Shown: positions 1 through 10,128, counted from the stretch's first letter. The stretch: DNA of 32,000 nt from Dehalococcoidia bacterium (GCA_963664995.2 OY761846.1:1775771-1807770), one strand, 5' to 3'. The notes: generated by a model not told the origin, from the sequence alone. Program-made: numbers and translations.

Positions 1-3000
1 TCACGCCCAATGACGCCTCCGTTGGAACGGGTAGATCGGGATCGCTATTCGTCGTCGCGACTCGCCAGCGAACAGCCCCTCAAACGATATCGGCACACCC
101 GCCTCATACGCTCGAGCCAAACCATCAACGAAACTTACTCCTCCCTCAACTGCCGGATTCAAGTCGTACTCGGAACTCTCTCCGATTCCGATGAGCAAGT
201 ATTCCGATTCTTCAGAGAGCGACTCAACGATCTTGACGAGACCGTCTTGTGTCGATTGCCCGCCTCGTTCCGCTATTCTCAGTCCGTCCTCCAAGCTGAC
301 CTCACCAGCAGCCTCCGCCGCTGCAAGTTCGCCGATCCCACGCGCCAACACCACATTTGGGGTCACCCCTACGTTAGTCCAAAGCGCGGTTAGAGCACAT
401 TGGAACGCGTAAGTAGCTTGTCGCACCAATTCTATGTCCGTAGCGATGGCATCCAACCCAGCGCGCCCTAGCATGACTTCTAAAAGACGCACGCCTTGCT
501 CTGTCCCGAGTATTTCGTCGCATCGATCAATTACGGACCTAAATGCCGGTTCACTCTCGTACAGTTCGCGAATTACTTTGGGCTTATAGCCGATTTCGTC
601 TGCGTATACGAACGCCACCTTTCCAGCCGCTGCTGGCTCTGGAGTTTCGGGATCAGCGTCGATATGCGAGATTACACTCAGGCCGTCTCTCAACGAATCG
701 ATGTCGCGGAACACTACGCCGCGTCGGTGCCCGAAATGGCTACGTCCAACGCTCGCCGTCCATGTCATATCGGACAGCAACTCGTCGGTAACAACATGAT
801 CGTCCGATGGTCGTGCTTCCAACCAACCCAAATACTCTTTTGCTAAATCTCGGAGTGCCGGTTCCGATTTGCCGGACAGAGGCAACAGTCGTGACTGACG
901 CGGCACATACCCGTTTTCGCTCTCTGTGAGATCTGCTTCGACATCCAGTGAGGTTCCAGAGATTGACCGCTTCAAACCCGCTGGGGCGATATAGCCGTTA
1001 CTAGCGTATCTGTCATCTGCGCCGACATCGTAACCACTCAACACGATGTGTGCGTTGGCACCAGACATCCCGAATCCGCTAATTGCCGCTAATGGTTCTC
1101 GACCATTCGAGTTTGGCCACTCTGTATTTTTAGTCGGGATCTCTATCGCGAGCCGATCCCAATCGACGTGCGAGTTCGGTTCACTAAAGTTCAGTTGTTT
1201 GGGAACAACCCCGTTCTTCATTGACAGCACGACCTTGATGATGCTCGCAACGCCGGCAGCTTTCTCAGTGTGTCCGACATTGGCCTTGACAGAACCGACG
1301 TAAAGGGGATGATCTTGCGCCCTTCCTTCGCCGTATACCGCGCCTGCCGCGTGCAACTCGATTGGATCGCCCAGCTGAGAGGCTCCGCCGTGCGCTTCAT
1401 AGTAGTCAACGTCACTAGGCTCTACCCCAGCCGCGTTGAGGGCATCCCGCATCACATTTTGCTGTGCCGACCCGTTGGGTACGGTCAAACCTGCGCTCGC
1501 ACCGTTCTGATTTACTGCTGATCCGAGTATCACACCCCAGATTCGGTCGCCATCGGCCTGGGCATCCCGCAATCGCTTCAGCACCAGCATTCCGCAACCT
1601 TCGCCGCGCACAAATCCATCTGCTCCAGCATCGAATGGTCGGCTCTCTCCGCTTGACGATAGCATCCCTAGATCTGTCATGTATTCGCTTATAGGTGGAG
1701 AAAGAACTGCATTCACACCACCTGCGAGAGCCATGTCTACTTCCTCAGTTTCCAATGAGCGTACCGCTTGATGGACAGCGGCATGTGATGCCGCGCACAC
1801 TAGGTCAACTGGTACCGCTGGTCCCTCCAATCCGAGCGCAAACGTCACCCTACCGACCGCCATACTGGAAGTAGTGCCCAAATAGTTGTCCTGAATTCCA
1901 TTCGCCGCTAGAACGTCTCGATACTCGCTTGCGCCGACACCCACGTACACACCCGTGCGACTACCTTTAAGACCGTCCGGATCAATGCCCGCGTCCTCAA
2001 GCGCATGCCAAGTCGTCTCTAGCATCATCCGCTGTTGCGGATCCATCGTGCGCGCCTCGATCGGTGAAATCCTGAAGAATCTCGAGTCGAAACTATCGAT
2101 CTCATCCACGAACGCACCTTTTCTCAAAACCTCCTGTTCAGCGTACGGGTCACCGATCGTCCCACTCCATGACCCGTTGTCCCGTCGTCCATCCGTGATT
2201 GCGTCCGAACCAGACTTTAAGAGGTGCCAAAACTCTCCGATGTCCTTTGCCTTCGGGAAACGACACGCCATACCCACGATCGCTACACCGTCTATGTCCG
2301 TTTCCGAATCGCTCGGGGCTGCCAGCTCTGGTACTTCCTGTTCAGCGACAACGGATGCAGGAATAGCGAACACTTGCTTCTGTTCCTCAACATCTCCTAT
2401 CTCATCAGAGAGATGATGCGCGAGGTCTGCGACACTGGGATAATCAAAGACGATGGTGTTCGATGCGACGTATTGCCCGGCGAATGCGCGGTTTAGTCGA
2501 TTCCTGAATTCGACGGCCATCAGCGAGTCCATACCGAGATCAAAGAATCCGGTGGTCGGGGAAGGCGCTGTTTGCAGACGCATGACGGCTTGGAGTTCTT
2601 CTTGCAGGAATGAAACCATTAAGTCTTCCCGCTCCGAGTCGGACGCGCTCCGTATTTTGGACAGCACATCTTCTGACGATTTGGCAGTATCGGCATCTTC
2701 GTCACGGGTAGACGACAGTAGCTCCTCTACCAGAGACGGGGGTTCTTCTACGGCTGCTTCAAAAACTGACCAATCGGTGGACATTACAACTGAGGTGGTG
2801 TTGTCTCGGCACGTGATTTGCTCAAACGCCTTCATTCCTTGTTCGGGCGTGAACCAACGTCCGCCGAGTGCTGCCCTGCGATTTTCGATACGCTCACGTT
2901 GTTCGGCGGCTTCTCCGATCTCGGACCATGCCCCCCATGCGATCGCCTGCCCCGGCAGACCCAATGAGCGGCGATGGGCGGCGAGTTGGTCGAGAAAAGC

Positions 3001-6000
3001 GTTGGCTGCCGCGTGGTTGGATTGTCCCGGATTACCCATTACTCCAACCCGGCTGGAGAAAAGAACGAACATATCGAGGTCTTGATTCAAAGTCGCTCGA
3101 TGCAGATGCCACGCGCCGATGATTTTGGGCCATAGCACACGCTCAAAACTCTCCCAGGTCTGGTTGGTAAGAGCGGCATCCGATAGTACCCCGACACTGT
3201 GAATGACACCTGCTAGGGGTGGAAACTTCGCATCCATTCGCTCTAACATGTCGTCGATCGCCGATGTGTCTGTCATGTCCGCCAGCTCAACCTCGATCTT
3301 CACTCCTCGGCGTCGCATTGCTGCAATCGCGTCTTCTGCCTCAGGGTCAGGATCACGACGACCGTTAAGTATGATCGTTCCGGCGCCGTGTTCGGCGAGC
3401 CATTCAGCGACCGCGATGCCGATCCCACCAAGCCCGCCGGTTACCAAGTACGTTCGATCATGCCTCAGACGGCCGGTTGAAAGCGGTTGTGGCGTAAGGA
3501 CGATCTTTCCGACGTGGCGTGCCGATCGCATGAAACTCAATGCTGCTCCAGCCTCAGCCATCGGCCATCTGCTGTGGATCAATGGTTTCAGTTCTTGTTT
3601 TGCGATTCGCTCCATGATGTCTCGCAAGACTTCCCCTACTCGCTCTGGGTCGGTCTTTTTGAGTACGTCGAGTTCCAAGATGTCGTATGAGACATCTGGA
3701 CGGATGTCTGCCATTTCCTCTTCGGTCAGGATGTCGCGCCGCGCCAACTCGACGAATCGTCCGCCATGCGCGAGGCATGAGAGGCTGGCATCAATGAAAC
3801 CTTCGCTAGTTAGGCTGTTCAACACGACATCAATACCTTCGCCACCGGTTGCTTCAAGGATTTGCTGTCCGAAATCGGTGGTTCGGCTGTCGAAGAGATG
3901 TTTGACGCCCAACGACTTTAGATACTGCCGCTTGGGTGCGCTCGCCGTGGCAAACACCTCGGCGCCTGCTGCCTGTGCAAGCTGGATGGCCGCCAGTCCG
4001 ACACCGCCAGCACCGGCGTGGATCAGGACGCGGTCGCCCGGCTCCAATCCTGAATATCGATAGGAGAGTTCAGCGGACACGAACGCGCTGGGGATAGTGG
4101 CGAGCGCAGAAGCTGAAATCCCTTCTGGCGCTGGCGCTACGAGCTCTTGGTGTGTAATCATCTGCGGACCAAAGGCCCCGAATCCGAGTCCGACGACGCG
4201 ATCTCCTACTGCTACTTTCGAAACCTCTGAACCGATTTCGAGAACGTGTCCACACAACTCTCTGCCCAGATTTCCCTCTTCGATGAATCCGAGCGAACGG
4301 AAAACATCCCAGAAGTTGAGCCCTGTGGCTTCAACCGCAACGAGAACCTCACTTGGTTCCAACGACGGATGAGGAAGTTGCTTTATCGAAGGTCTGTCAA
4401 ATACGCCGTCGGGGTCTGGCGCTAGCACCCAGTTGTTGTGATCGGGAAAAGTCAGTCGTTCGACAGCAGCGTCTGGTCTGACCAAACGTGCGCCCATTCG
4501 ACGTCCAGAGCGATATGCGATATGGTTCTCCTGGTCTGGGAACATCAACTCATCGACAAGTTTTGTTAATGTGCCCGAACCGTTGGGGTCTAAGTCGATC
4601 ATCCTAGGCTGGAAGTGTGATGCCTCTAATGCCATGACCTTACCGAGTCCCCATAGAATCGACCCGGAAAGTTCCCCTGAATTTTCACGCTCCAACACCT
4701 GCCCGCCTTCTGTCAAGAACCATACTCCCTTAGCGGGTGTCACATCCGAGTCAGCAATGCCTTGCACGAGCGTCAGCGCGGTCTGTCCGATATTTTTCAA
4801 ATCTTGTGCAATTTCATCCGTGGACGCGCCTGGTCCGTGCCCGTCTAGTGCCAAAAGATGCACGACACCGTTTACGGGGACATCCTGGGGTAAATCCTCA
4901 ATCAATGATCGCCATGACTCGCGACTAGCAAAATCGACCACCGTAGTGGTTACGTTTGAGTTCGACGCAATGGTCCGACTGTTTTCGGTAACTTCGTTGC
5001 GCGCAAGGATGACGGTCTGGTTGCGTTCGGCTAACGCTTCTGCCAGTTGTTGTCCGACATCTCCGTCATCAGCCGTCAAGATCCACGCACCTGCTGGTTC
5101 TGTGACCTTTGCTGGACCTTGTGCGACGATCACGCCCTTGTCTAGCATTTCGTGAGTGAATGAATCGTCAACGCCCAGCACTTCGAACGCCTCAAATCCT
5201 GTATCACTGAGTGCTTGACGCCACACATCAGGTCCTGCCAAAGCGTGATGGGGCCTATACTCGTCGGCGAATCGCCACCATCCGTCCAATTGACCGAAGG
5301 TCAAGTCCATCCAACCCAGTCCGCGAAGGTTTTCCAACGCGATCAAATGTCCGTCCGGCGCAAGCAACGTCAGGCAATGACCCAACGTTTCTTCGAGATA
5401 GCGCGTTGCATGTAGCACGTTCGACGCGATCAAGATGTCGTAGCCATGCGAAGCGAATCCTTGCGCTATCGGGTCCTCTTCGATGTCCAACGGACGGTAT
5501 TGGATGCTCCCGTTCGCATCACCGAATCTAGCCTCTGCTTCGGCAAAGAAACCTGCCGAGATGTCGGTGTAAATGTATTCGAAGCGTCCTTCGGGCAGTT
5601 CGGGCAATACCGACGCGGTTGCGGAGCCTGTACCTGCGCCGATTTCAAGGACACGCAAACGTCGGTCGTCCGGCAACTCTGAAACTAGTTTCGCAACGGC
5701 GTCGCCCAACATTCGGTTTGCGGCGCGCGCTACTGGTGCTTTGAGGTACAGGTCAGCAGCGGTAGGTTCGCCACTGCTGAACAGTAGAGTCAATGGATCA
5801 GCTTCTCCGCGCAGGACATCGGCAAGCGCGCCTCCGGAACGTCGGAACAGTCCAATCTCTGTCAATCCGTGCGAATACTTCTCTGCCATCCGCACATGAA
5901 ACTCTTCCGGATCGTCTCTCAATTCGACCGGCAACGCGTCGTCTTCTCCCAACGCGACAACAAAGTCATCGCCTCGCTCTTCCATTACACCCGAATTGGC

Positions 6001-9000
6001 GAGCATTTCGAATAGCCTGCGGAAGAGGCGTGCATGCTCCTCGTTTATGCCTAATCGTTGTCTAAGGTCTTCGGGATTGACGACTTCACCGGTTTGACGT
6101 TTCCAACCAAGTTTTTCAAGCGTCCGCAGCGCGTAGGCCCTTGACCACCGCTCCATGTCGGCAAGAAGGCTGTTTCGACTTTCGGGATCAACATCCGCGT
6201 CGGATAGGTAACCAGCGAATAAAGACAACCCCTTGGCCACTTCGTTCGGACTTGGCAAGAAATCGGCGGGCAATGTGGCGTTTTCAAGTTCACGTTCTCG
6301 CCAAACTACCTCATATAGGAGATCGTCAGTGCCCTCAATTGCAGAAAGCAGAGCTGCCTTTGTTGCGCGCTTAACGGTGTATCCGATGAAACCGCCGATT
6401 TGAACACCGCTTGGATCGTAGATTCTTAGTTCTCCACTCAAAACCTCCGGTTGAACGTCTGGATCAGCATCCTGCTCAGACTGATTCATAATCACATGGC
6501 AAAACACTCGGTCTGGTAGGCGTCTGTTCAGCCAGAAACGTTCCCATCCGAAAGGAAGATAGGTGGCTTCACCGGGATCCCCGGTCATGTTGCGGGCTAT
6601 ACCGACGACTTGGAAACAACCGTCCATTATGAGCGGGTGAACATCGAGTTCGTTGCGTCCGAGGGTCTCGGGCAGTATCACTTCTGCCAATGCTTGACCG
6701 GGGCCTGACCATGCCATGCCTAGCGTCCGGAAGAAGGGACCGAGATCGATACCGGTGTCCACCTTCGCGCGATAGTAATCTTGCACGTCTGCGGGCGTGA
6801 GTTGTGCTGCTAGTGCTTCTAGATCGATTCGCCCCCCTCCCCGCGTCTCTGGAGCGGTCCCGCCTGATGAAACCTTGCACTCCACATGCAAGGTCCATTC
6901 ACTCTCATTTCCTTTGCTGTAAATCTGAACGTCATGAGATCCCGACTGCTCAGACGCGTTTAATGCGACTTGCATCGTCGCGCCCTGTTGGTCAGCATCA
7001 GAATCTGAATCAGTTTTGGAAAAAACCAACGGGTTGTGGAGCTGCATGTCATCAACGAAAGTGATGCTACTTCCGCCAACTTCCTCAAGTGTTGCCGAGG
7101 TAGCCATCGCTCCATACAGCGCGCCGGGTGCTACCAATCGGCCGAAGACGCGGTGATCAACCATCCAAACAGGGTCCGACGGGAAGACCTCAGTTTCGAA
7201 AGTGACCTCACCCCGTGCCGATTCGTGCCTAACGCCAAGCAAAGGATGACCAACTATTTGGCGTCTCGGCTTGTCTTGCCTCACCCAATGCCGCTCTCGC
7301 TGAAACGGGTAGCTGGGCACTGAGATGCGACGACGTTTCTCTCCTGCGAATAATCCGTCGAATCCGATGTCCAACCCGGATTGGTATCCTTCGACGACGG
7401 CATCAATGAAGCTTGTTTCAGGTTCTGAAGTCGAACGATCACGAGGCGGTCGTCGAAGGCTTGCAATCTCAGCAGGAGTTTCGGCCCCCGGCCATGCCAA
7501 CGTTGCCATTGGACCCAGTACCGCATGGGGACCGATCTCAATTATGAGGTCCACATCGAGGTCAGCCATTGCCTGAACTCCGCTGGCGAATGCCACCGCC
7601 TCGCGCGCGTGGCGCTTCCAATAGGTGCCGTCTAATGCCATATCGGAATCGACCTGTCGACCTGTCACGTTGCTGATCACGGTCAAATCAGGAGACCCGA
7701 TCTTCACGCTTTGCAAGAATGATTCCAACTCGCCCAAAGCGGGTTCGACCAGAGCACTATGAAATGCACGTTTCGTATTTAATCGGCGCGCTCGGGTACC
7801 CTTTGATTCATAAAAGTCGACGATTTTTTCAATGTCTGCGACGGTACCGCTAACGACCTGATGTGCGCCGTTATAGCCTGCGATGCTCAATCCGGGACCT
7901 TCGGTCTTAGCATTCAGTTCTTCAATCGTTGACGTTACATCTTGGGGAGTCGCGAATATCGCTGCCATCGTCCCGGGATCGGTATTGGACAGCAGCGTAC
8001 CCCTTACGGCGGCGAAGCGCATCCCGTCTTCAATACTGAACACACCGGCGGTTTGGGCGGCTGCGATCTCGCCCACGCTATGACCGAGCACTACACTAGG
8101 ACGGATTCCAACGCTTGCCCATAGAGCAGACAACGCTGACTGCAATGCATAGAGGGCCGGCTGCTCCCAAGCGGTATCTCCTAGGTCTTCCTTTGCACCG
8201 TTGCGTCCCCACATCACGTCGAGCAGAGATTCGCCCCGTTCGCGTTGAAAAACCATCTCGCAACGGTCCATGACGGCCTTCACCACTGGCTCACTCTCGT
8301 AGAGAGACTGCCCCATACCTACCCATTGGCTTCCCTGCCCGGTGTATAGGAACGCGACCTTGCTAGCCAATTGCGGCTCGATGCTTGTCTCATCTTGGGA
8401 TAGGGCATCCAGCTTCTCGCGCAATGATTCGGCATCTTCAAACGCGATACCGGATCGGCGATCGAATTGACTCCTCCCAACTCCAGCTGTCCACGCCATA
8501 TCCGACAACAACTCATGCGCGGTGTCACGATCATGAATTAACTCGTTGGAATGTTCGTCGAGCCACGAAACGTATCTTTTGGCAAGGTCCCGGACCGCGC
8601 CTTCAGACTTTCCTGACAGAGGCAAGAAACGCTTCTGGCGTCTGCTCGAAGGCTTTTCCGTCAGAACAAGATTGGTTAAATGCGTGGGCAATGAAACGCC
8701 GATAGATTGTATAGAACCAGAAGTACCGTTTTGGTAAGCCACCAATTCGCCCTGGTCGCGATGTTCCTGCAACACGACATGAGCATTGGTTCCGGAAATT
8801 CCGAACGAGTTGATCCCCGCCAACCGAGGACGACCATCGCAACTTGGCCACTCCATCATGTCGGTCGTTACCCGTATAGGGAGATTCTCCCAGTCGATGT
8901 TGGGGTCTGGATTATGGAAGTTCAGATGTTTGGGAATTACTCCCCGTTTCACAGCAAGGGCGGCTTTTATGAGCCCGGCAATTCCCGCGGCCGATTCCAG

Positions 9001-10128
9001 GTGTCCGATATTGGTCTTGACGGAACCGATCAACAATGGCGCGTCGGTATTTCGGCCTGGTCCGTAAACGTTTGAGACAGCGTCGATCTCAATGGGGTCT
9101 CCGACCGCTGTTCCGGTACCGTGAGCTTCTAGATAATCGACCTCGGATGCTGGAACACCCGCGTCTGCGTGTGCCGCTTGGATCAACTTCTCCATAGCTG
9201 GCGCGTGTGGCACAGTCAATCCGGCACTGGCACCGCCATGGTTGACCGCCGCACCTAGAATGACTGCCCATATCGGGTCGCCATCGGCTAGTGCCTCGTT
9301 CATTCGTTTGAGAACGACGACACCGCACCCTTCACCGCGTACGTAACCGTCGGCAGATGCATCGAAAGTCTTGCACTGCCCTTCTGGGGATAACATCATG
9401 GATTCGGCGCGAAGTTCATAGACACGCGGATTAAGGATTGCCTGAACACCGCCTGCAATTGCGAGGTCGGCCTTACCCTGTTGCAAGTCTGCGACAGCAT
9501 CATGTACAGCAACTAGCGCGGATGCACACGCAGCATCGACTGCCTTTGCCGGCCCATTGAGTCCGAGAACGAATGAGACGCGGCCGGCGGTTCCGTTCAG
9601 GTTGGTACCGCTGAGCGCGTAGAGGCTTCCGGCGGCTTCCGTAGGGCGAGTCGAATCGAGAACCAGCATCCGGTATTCATCGTTGCTGATACCGCTGTAA
9701 ACGCCGGTGCGACTACCCTTAAGCGTCTCAGGATCGATGCCGGCATCTTCGAGCGCCAACCAACTCATTTCCAGCATCATGCGTTGCTGGGGGTCTAGCA
9801 GATCAGCTTCCACTGGCGAAATTCGGAAGAACCCAGCGTCGAACAGGTCAATGTCATCTACAAATGCACCGTATCGACACGCGTCTTGTGGCACCTGCTG
9901 ATCACTGAAAATCTGACCCATGCGCCCCTCTCCGGGACCGGCGTCGCTCTCGGTGACGGCGTTCCTACCTTCTTTCAGCAAGTCCCAAAACGCTTCCAAA
10001 TCACCAGCACCAGGGAACCGACATGCCATGCCGACGATTGCTATCGGCTCGTGTGTCGAAGGCGCATTTCCGTCGGATGACGATTTGCTGGTCTGACCAT
10101 AGGAGAGGGTTGGAGATGTCTGAGTCAT
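1..10128 (-). CDS. Type I polyketide synthase: fully reducing, C-methylating module plus terminal KS and vestigial AT (KS-AT-DH-cMT-psiKR-ER-KR-ACP-KS-AT0)
   Basis: A 3375-aa ORF with ATG at 10128 and TGA on bases 1-3. Domains were placed by hand-counted motifs (aa / approx nt). KS1 27-452 / 8773-10050: VDAAC201AS, EAH336GTGT, NIGH376. AT1 591-890 / 7459-8358: GQGSQW, GHS684VG, RAFHS787-791, malonyl-type. Post-AT linker YPFQRERHW. DH 960-1250 / 6379-7251: H992RVFGRLVAP, LGPFF, D1169GCFQ. cMT 1410-1625 / 5254-5901: LEIGAGTGS, SNVLHAT. ER 1895-2212 / 3493-4446: HAGAGGVGLAA. KR 2225-2405 / 2914-3456: TGGLGGIG, K2335, S2358. ACP 2500-2575 / 2404-2631: LGMDS2535L. KS2 2613-3030 / 1039-2292: C2778, H2913, H2953. 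AT remnant 3170-3375 / 4-621. Confidence 0.95.
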   Translation of the reverse strand: MTQTSPTLSYGQTSKSSSDGNAPSTHEPIAIVGMACRFPGAGDLEAFWDLLKEGRNAVTESDAGPGEGRMGQIFSDQQVPQDACRYGAFVDDIDLFDAGFFRISPVEADLLDPQQRMMLEMSWLALEDAGIDPETLKGSRTGVYSGISNDEYRMLVLDSTRPTEAAGSLYALSGTNLNGTAGRVSFVLGLNGPAKAVDAACASALVAVHDAVADLQQGKADLAIAGGVQAILNPRVYELRAESMMLSPEGQCKTFDASADGYVRGEGCGVVVLKRMNEALADGDPIWAVILGAAVNHGGASAGLTVPHAPAMEKLIQAAHADAGVPASEVDYLEAHGTGTAVGDPIEIDAVSNVYGPGRNTDAPLLIGSVKTNIGHLESAAGIAGLIKAALAVKRGVIPKHLNFHNPDPNIDWENLPIRVTTDMMEWPSCDGRPRLAGINSFGISGTNAHVVLQEHRDQGELVAYQNGTSGSIQSIGVSLPTHLTNLVLTEKPSSRRQKRFLPLSGKSEGAVRDLAKRYVSWLDEHSNELIHDRDTAHELLSDMAWTAGVGRSQFDRRSGIAFEDAESLREKLDALSQDETSIEPQLASKVAFLYTGQGSQWVGMGQSLYESEPVVKAVMDRCEMVFQRERGESLLDVMWGRNGAKEDLGDTAWEQPALYALQSALSALWASVGIRPSVVLGHSVGEIAAAQTAGVFSIEDGMRFAAVRGTLLSNTDPGTMAAIFATPQDVTSTIEELNAKTEGPGLSIAGYNGAHQVVSGTVADIEKIVDFYESKGTRARRLNTKRAFHSALVEPALGELESFLQSVKIGSPDLTVISNVTGRQVDSDMALDGTYWKRHAREAVAFASGVQAMADLDVDLIIEIGPHAVLGPMATLAWPGAETPAEIASLRRPPRDRSTSEPETSFIDAVVEGYQSGLDIGFDGLFAGEKRRRISVPSYPFQRERHWVRQDKPRRQIVGHPLLGVRHESARGEVTFETEVFPSDPVWMVDHRVFGRLVAPGALYGAMATSATLEEVGGSSITFVDDMQLHNPLVFSKTDSDSDADQQGATMQVALNASEQSGSHDVQIYSKGNESEWTLHVECKVSSGGTAPETRGGGRIDLEALAAQLTPADVQDYYRAKVDTGIDLGPFFRTLGMAWSGPGQALAEVILPETLGRNELDVHPLIMDGCFQVVGIARNMTGDPGEATYLPFGWERFWLNRRLPDRVFCHVIMNQSEQDADPDVQPEVLSGELRIYDPSGVQIGGFIGYTVKRATKAALLSAIEGTDDLLYEVVWRERELENATLPADFLPSPNEVAKGLSLFAGYLSDADVDPESRNSLLADMERWSRAYALRTLEKLGWKRQTGEVVNPEDLRQRLGINEEHARLFRRLFEMLANSGVMEERGDDFVVALGEDDALPVELRDDPEEFHVRMAEKYSHGLTEIGLFRRSGGALADVLRGEADPLTLLFSSGEPTAADLYLKAPVARAANRMLGDAVAKLVSELPDDRRLRVLEIGAGTGSATASVLPELPEGRFEYIYTDISAGFFAEAEARFGDANGSIQYRPLDIEEDPIAQGFASHGYDILIASNVLHATRYLEETLGHCLTLLAPDGHLIALENLRGLGWMDLTFGQLDGWWRFADEYRPHHALAGPDVWRQALSDTGFEAFEVLGVDDSFTHEMLDKGVIVAQGPAKVTEPAGAWILTADDGDVGQQLAEALAERNQTVILARNEVTENSRTIASNSNVTTTVVDFASRESWRSLIEDLPQDVPVNGVVHLLALDGHGPGASTDEIAQDLKNIGQTALTLVQGIADSDVTPAKGVWFLTEGGQVLERENSGELSGSILWGLGKVMALEASHFQPRMIDLDPNGSGTLTKLVDELMFPDQENHIAYRSGRRMGARLVRPDAAVERLTFPDHNNWVLAPDPDGVFDRPSIKQLPHPSLEPSEVLVAVEATGLNFWDVFRSLGFIEEGNLGRELCGHVLEIGSEVSKVAVGDRVVGLGFGAFGPQMITHQELVAPAPEGISASALATIPSAFVSAELSYRYSGLEPGDRVLIHAGAGGVGLAAIQLAQAAGAEVFATASAPKRQYLKSLGVKHLFDSRTTDFGQQILEATGGEGIDVVLNSLTSEGFIDASLSCLAHGGRFVELARRDILTEEEMADIRPDVSYDILELDVLKKTDPERVGEVLRDIMERIAKQELKPLIHSRWPMAEAGAALSFMRSARHVGKIVLTPQPLSTGRLRHDRTYLVTGGLGGIGIAVAEWLAEHGAGTIILNGRRDPDPEAEDAIAAMRRRGVKIEVELADMTDTSAIDDMLERMDAKFPPLAGVIHSVGVLSDAALTNQTWESFERVLWPKIIGAWHLHRATLNQDLDMFVLFSSRVGVMGNPGQSNHAAANAFLDQLAAHRRSLGLPGQAIAWGAWSEIGEAAEQRERIENRRAALGGRWFTPEQGMKAFEQITCRDNTTSVVMSTDWSVFEAAVEEPPSLVEELLSSTRDEDADTAKSSEDVLSKIRSASDSEREDLMVSFLQEELQAVMRLQTAPSPTTGFFDLGMDSLMAVEFRNRLNRAFAGQYVASNTIVFDYPSVADLAHHLSDEIGDVEEQKQVFAIPASVVAEQEVPELAAPSDSETDIDGVAIVGMACRFPKAKDIGEFWHLLKSGSDAITDGRRDNGSWSGTIGDPYAEQEVLRKGAFVDEIDSFDSRFFRISPIEARTMDPQQRMMLETTWHALEDAGIDPDGLKGSRTGVYVGVGASEYRDVLAANGIQDNYLGTTSSMAVGRVTFALGLEGPAVPVDLVCAASHAAVHQAVRSLETEEVDMALAGGVNAVLSPPISEYMTDLGMLSSSGESRPFDAGADGFVRGEGCGMLVLKRLRDAQADGDRIWGVILGSAVNQNGASAGLTVPNGSAQQNVMRDALNAAGVEPSDVDYYEAHGGASQLGDPIELHAAGAVYGEGRAQDHPLYVGSVKANVGHTEKAAGVASIIKVVLSMKNGVVPKQLNFSEPNSHVDWDRLAIEIPTKNTEWPNSNGREPLAAISGFGMSGANAHIVLSGYDVGADDRYASNGYIAPAGLKRSISGTSLDVEADLTESENGYVPRQSRLLPLSGKSEPALRDLAKEYLGWLEARPSDDHVVTDELLSDMTWTASVGRSHFGHRRGVVFRDIDSLRDGLSVISHIDADPETPEPAAAGKVAFVYADEIGYKPKVIRELYESEPAFRSVIDRCDEILGTEQGVRLLEVMLGRAGLDAIATDIELVRQATYAFQCALTALWTNVGVTPNVVLARGIGELAAAEAAGEVSLEDGLRIAERGGQSTQDGLVKIVESLSEESEYLLIGIGESSEYDLNPAVEGGVSFVDGLARAYEAGVPISFEGLFAGESRRRIAIPIYPFQRRRHWA

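Noticed and set aside
10-10080. About 50 plus-strand and alternative-frame ORFs of 60-290 aa inside the PKS gene in the ORF track, for example 3203..4063, 2453..3085 and 4571..5155.
   Set aside because: They are antisense or out-of-frame shadows of a continuous 3375-aa ORF whose domains are all recognisable. Their translations are Arg/Ser/Pro-rich low-complexity sequence typical of GC-rich shadow frames.
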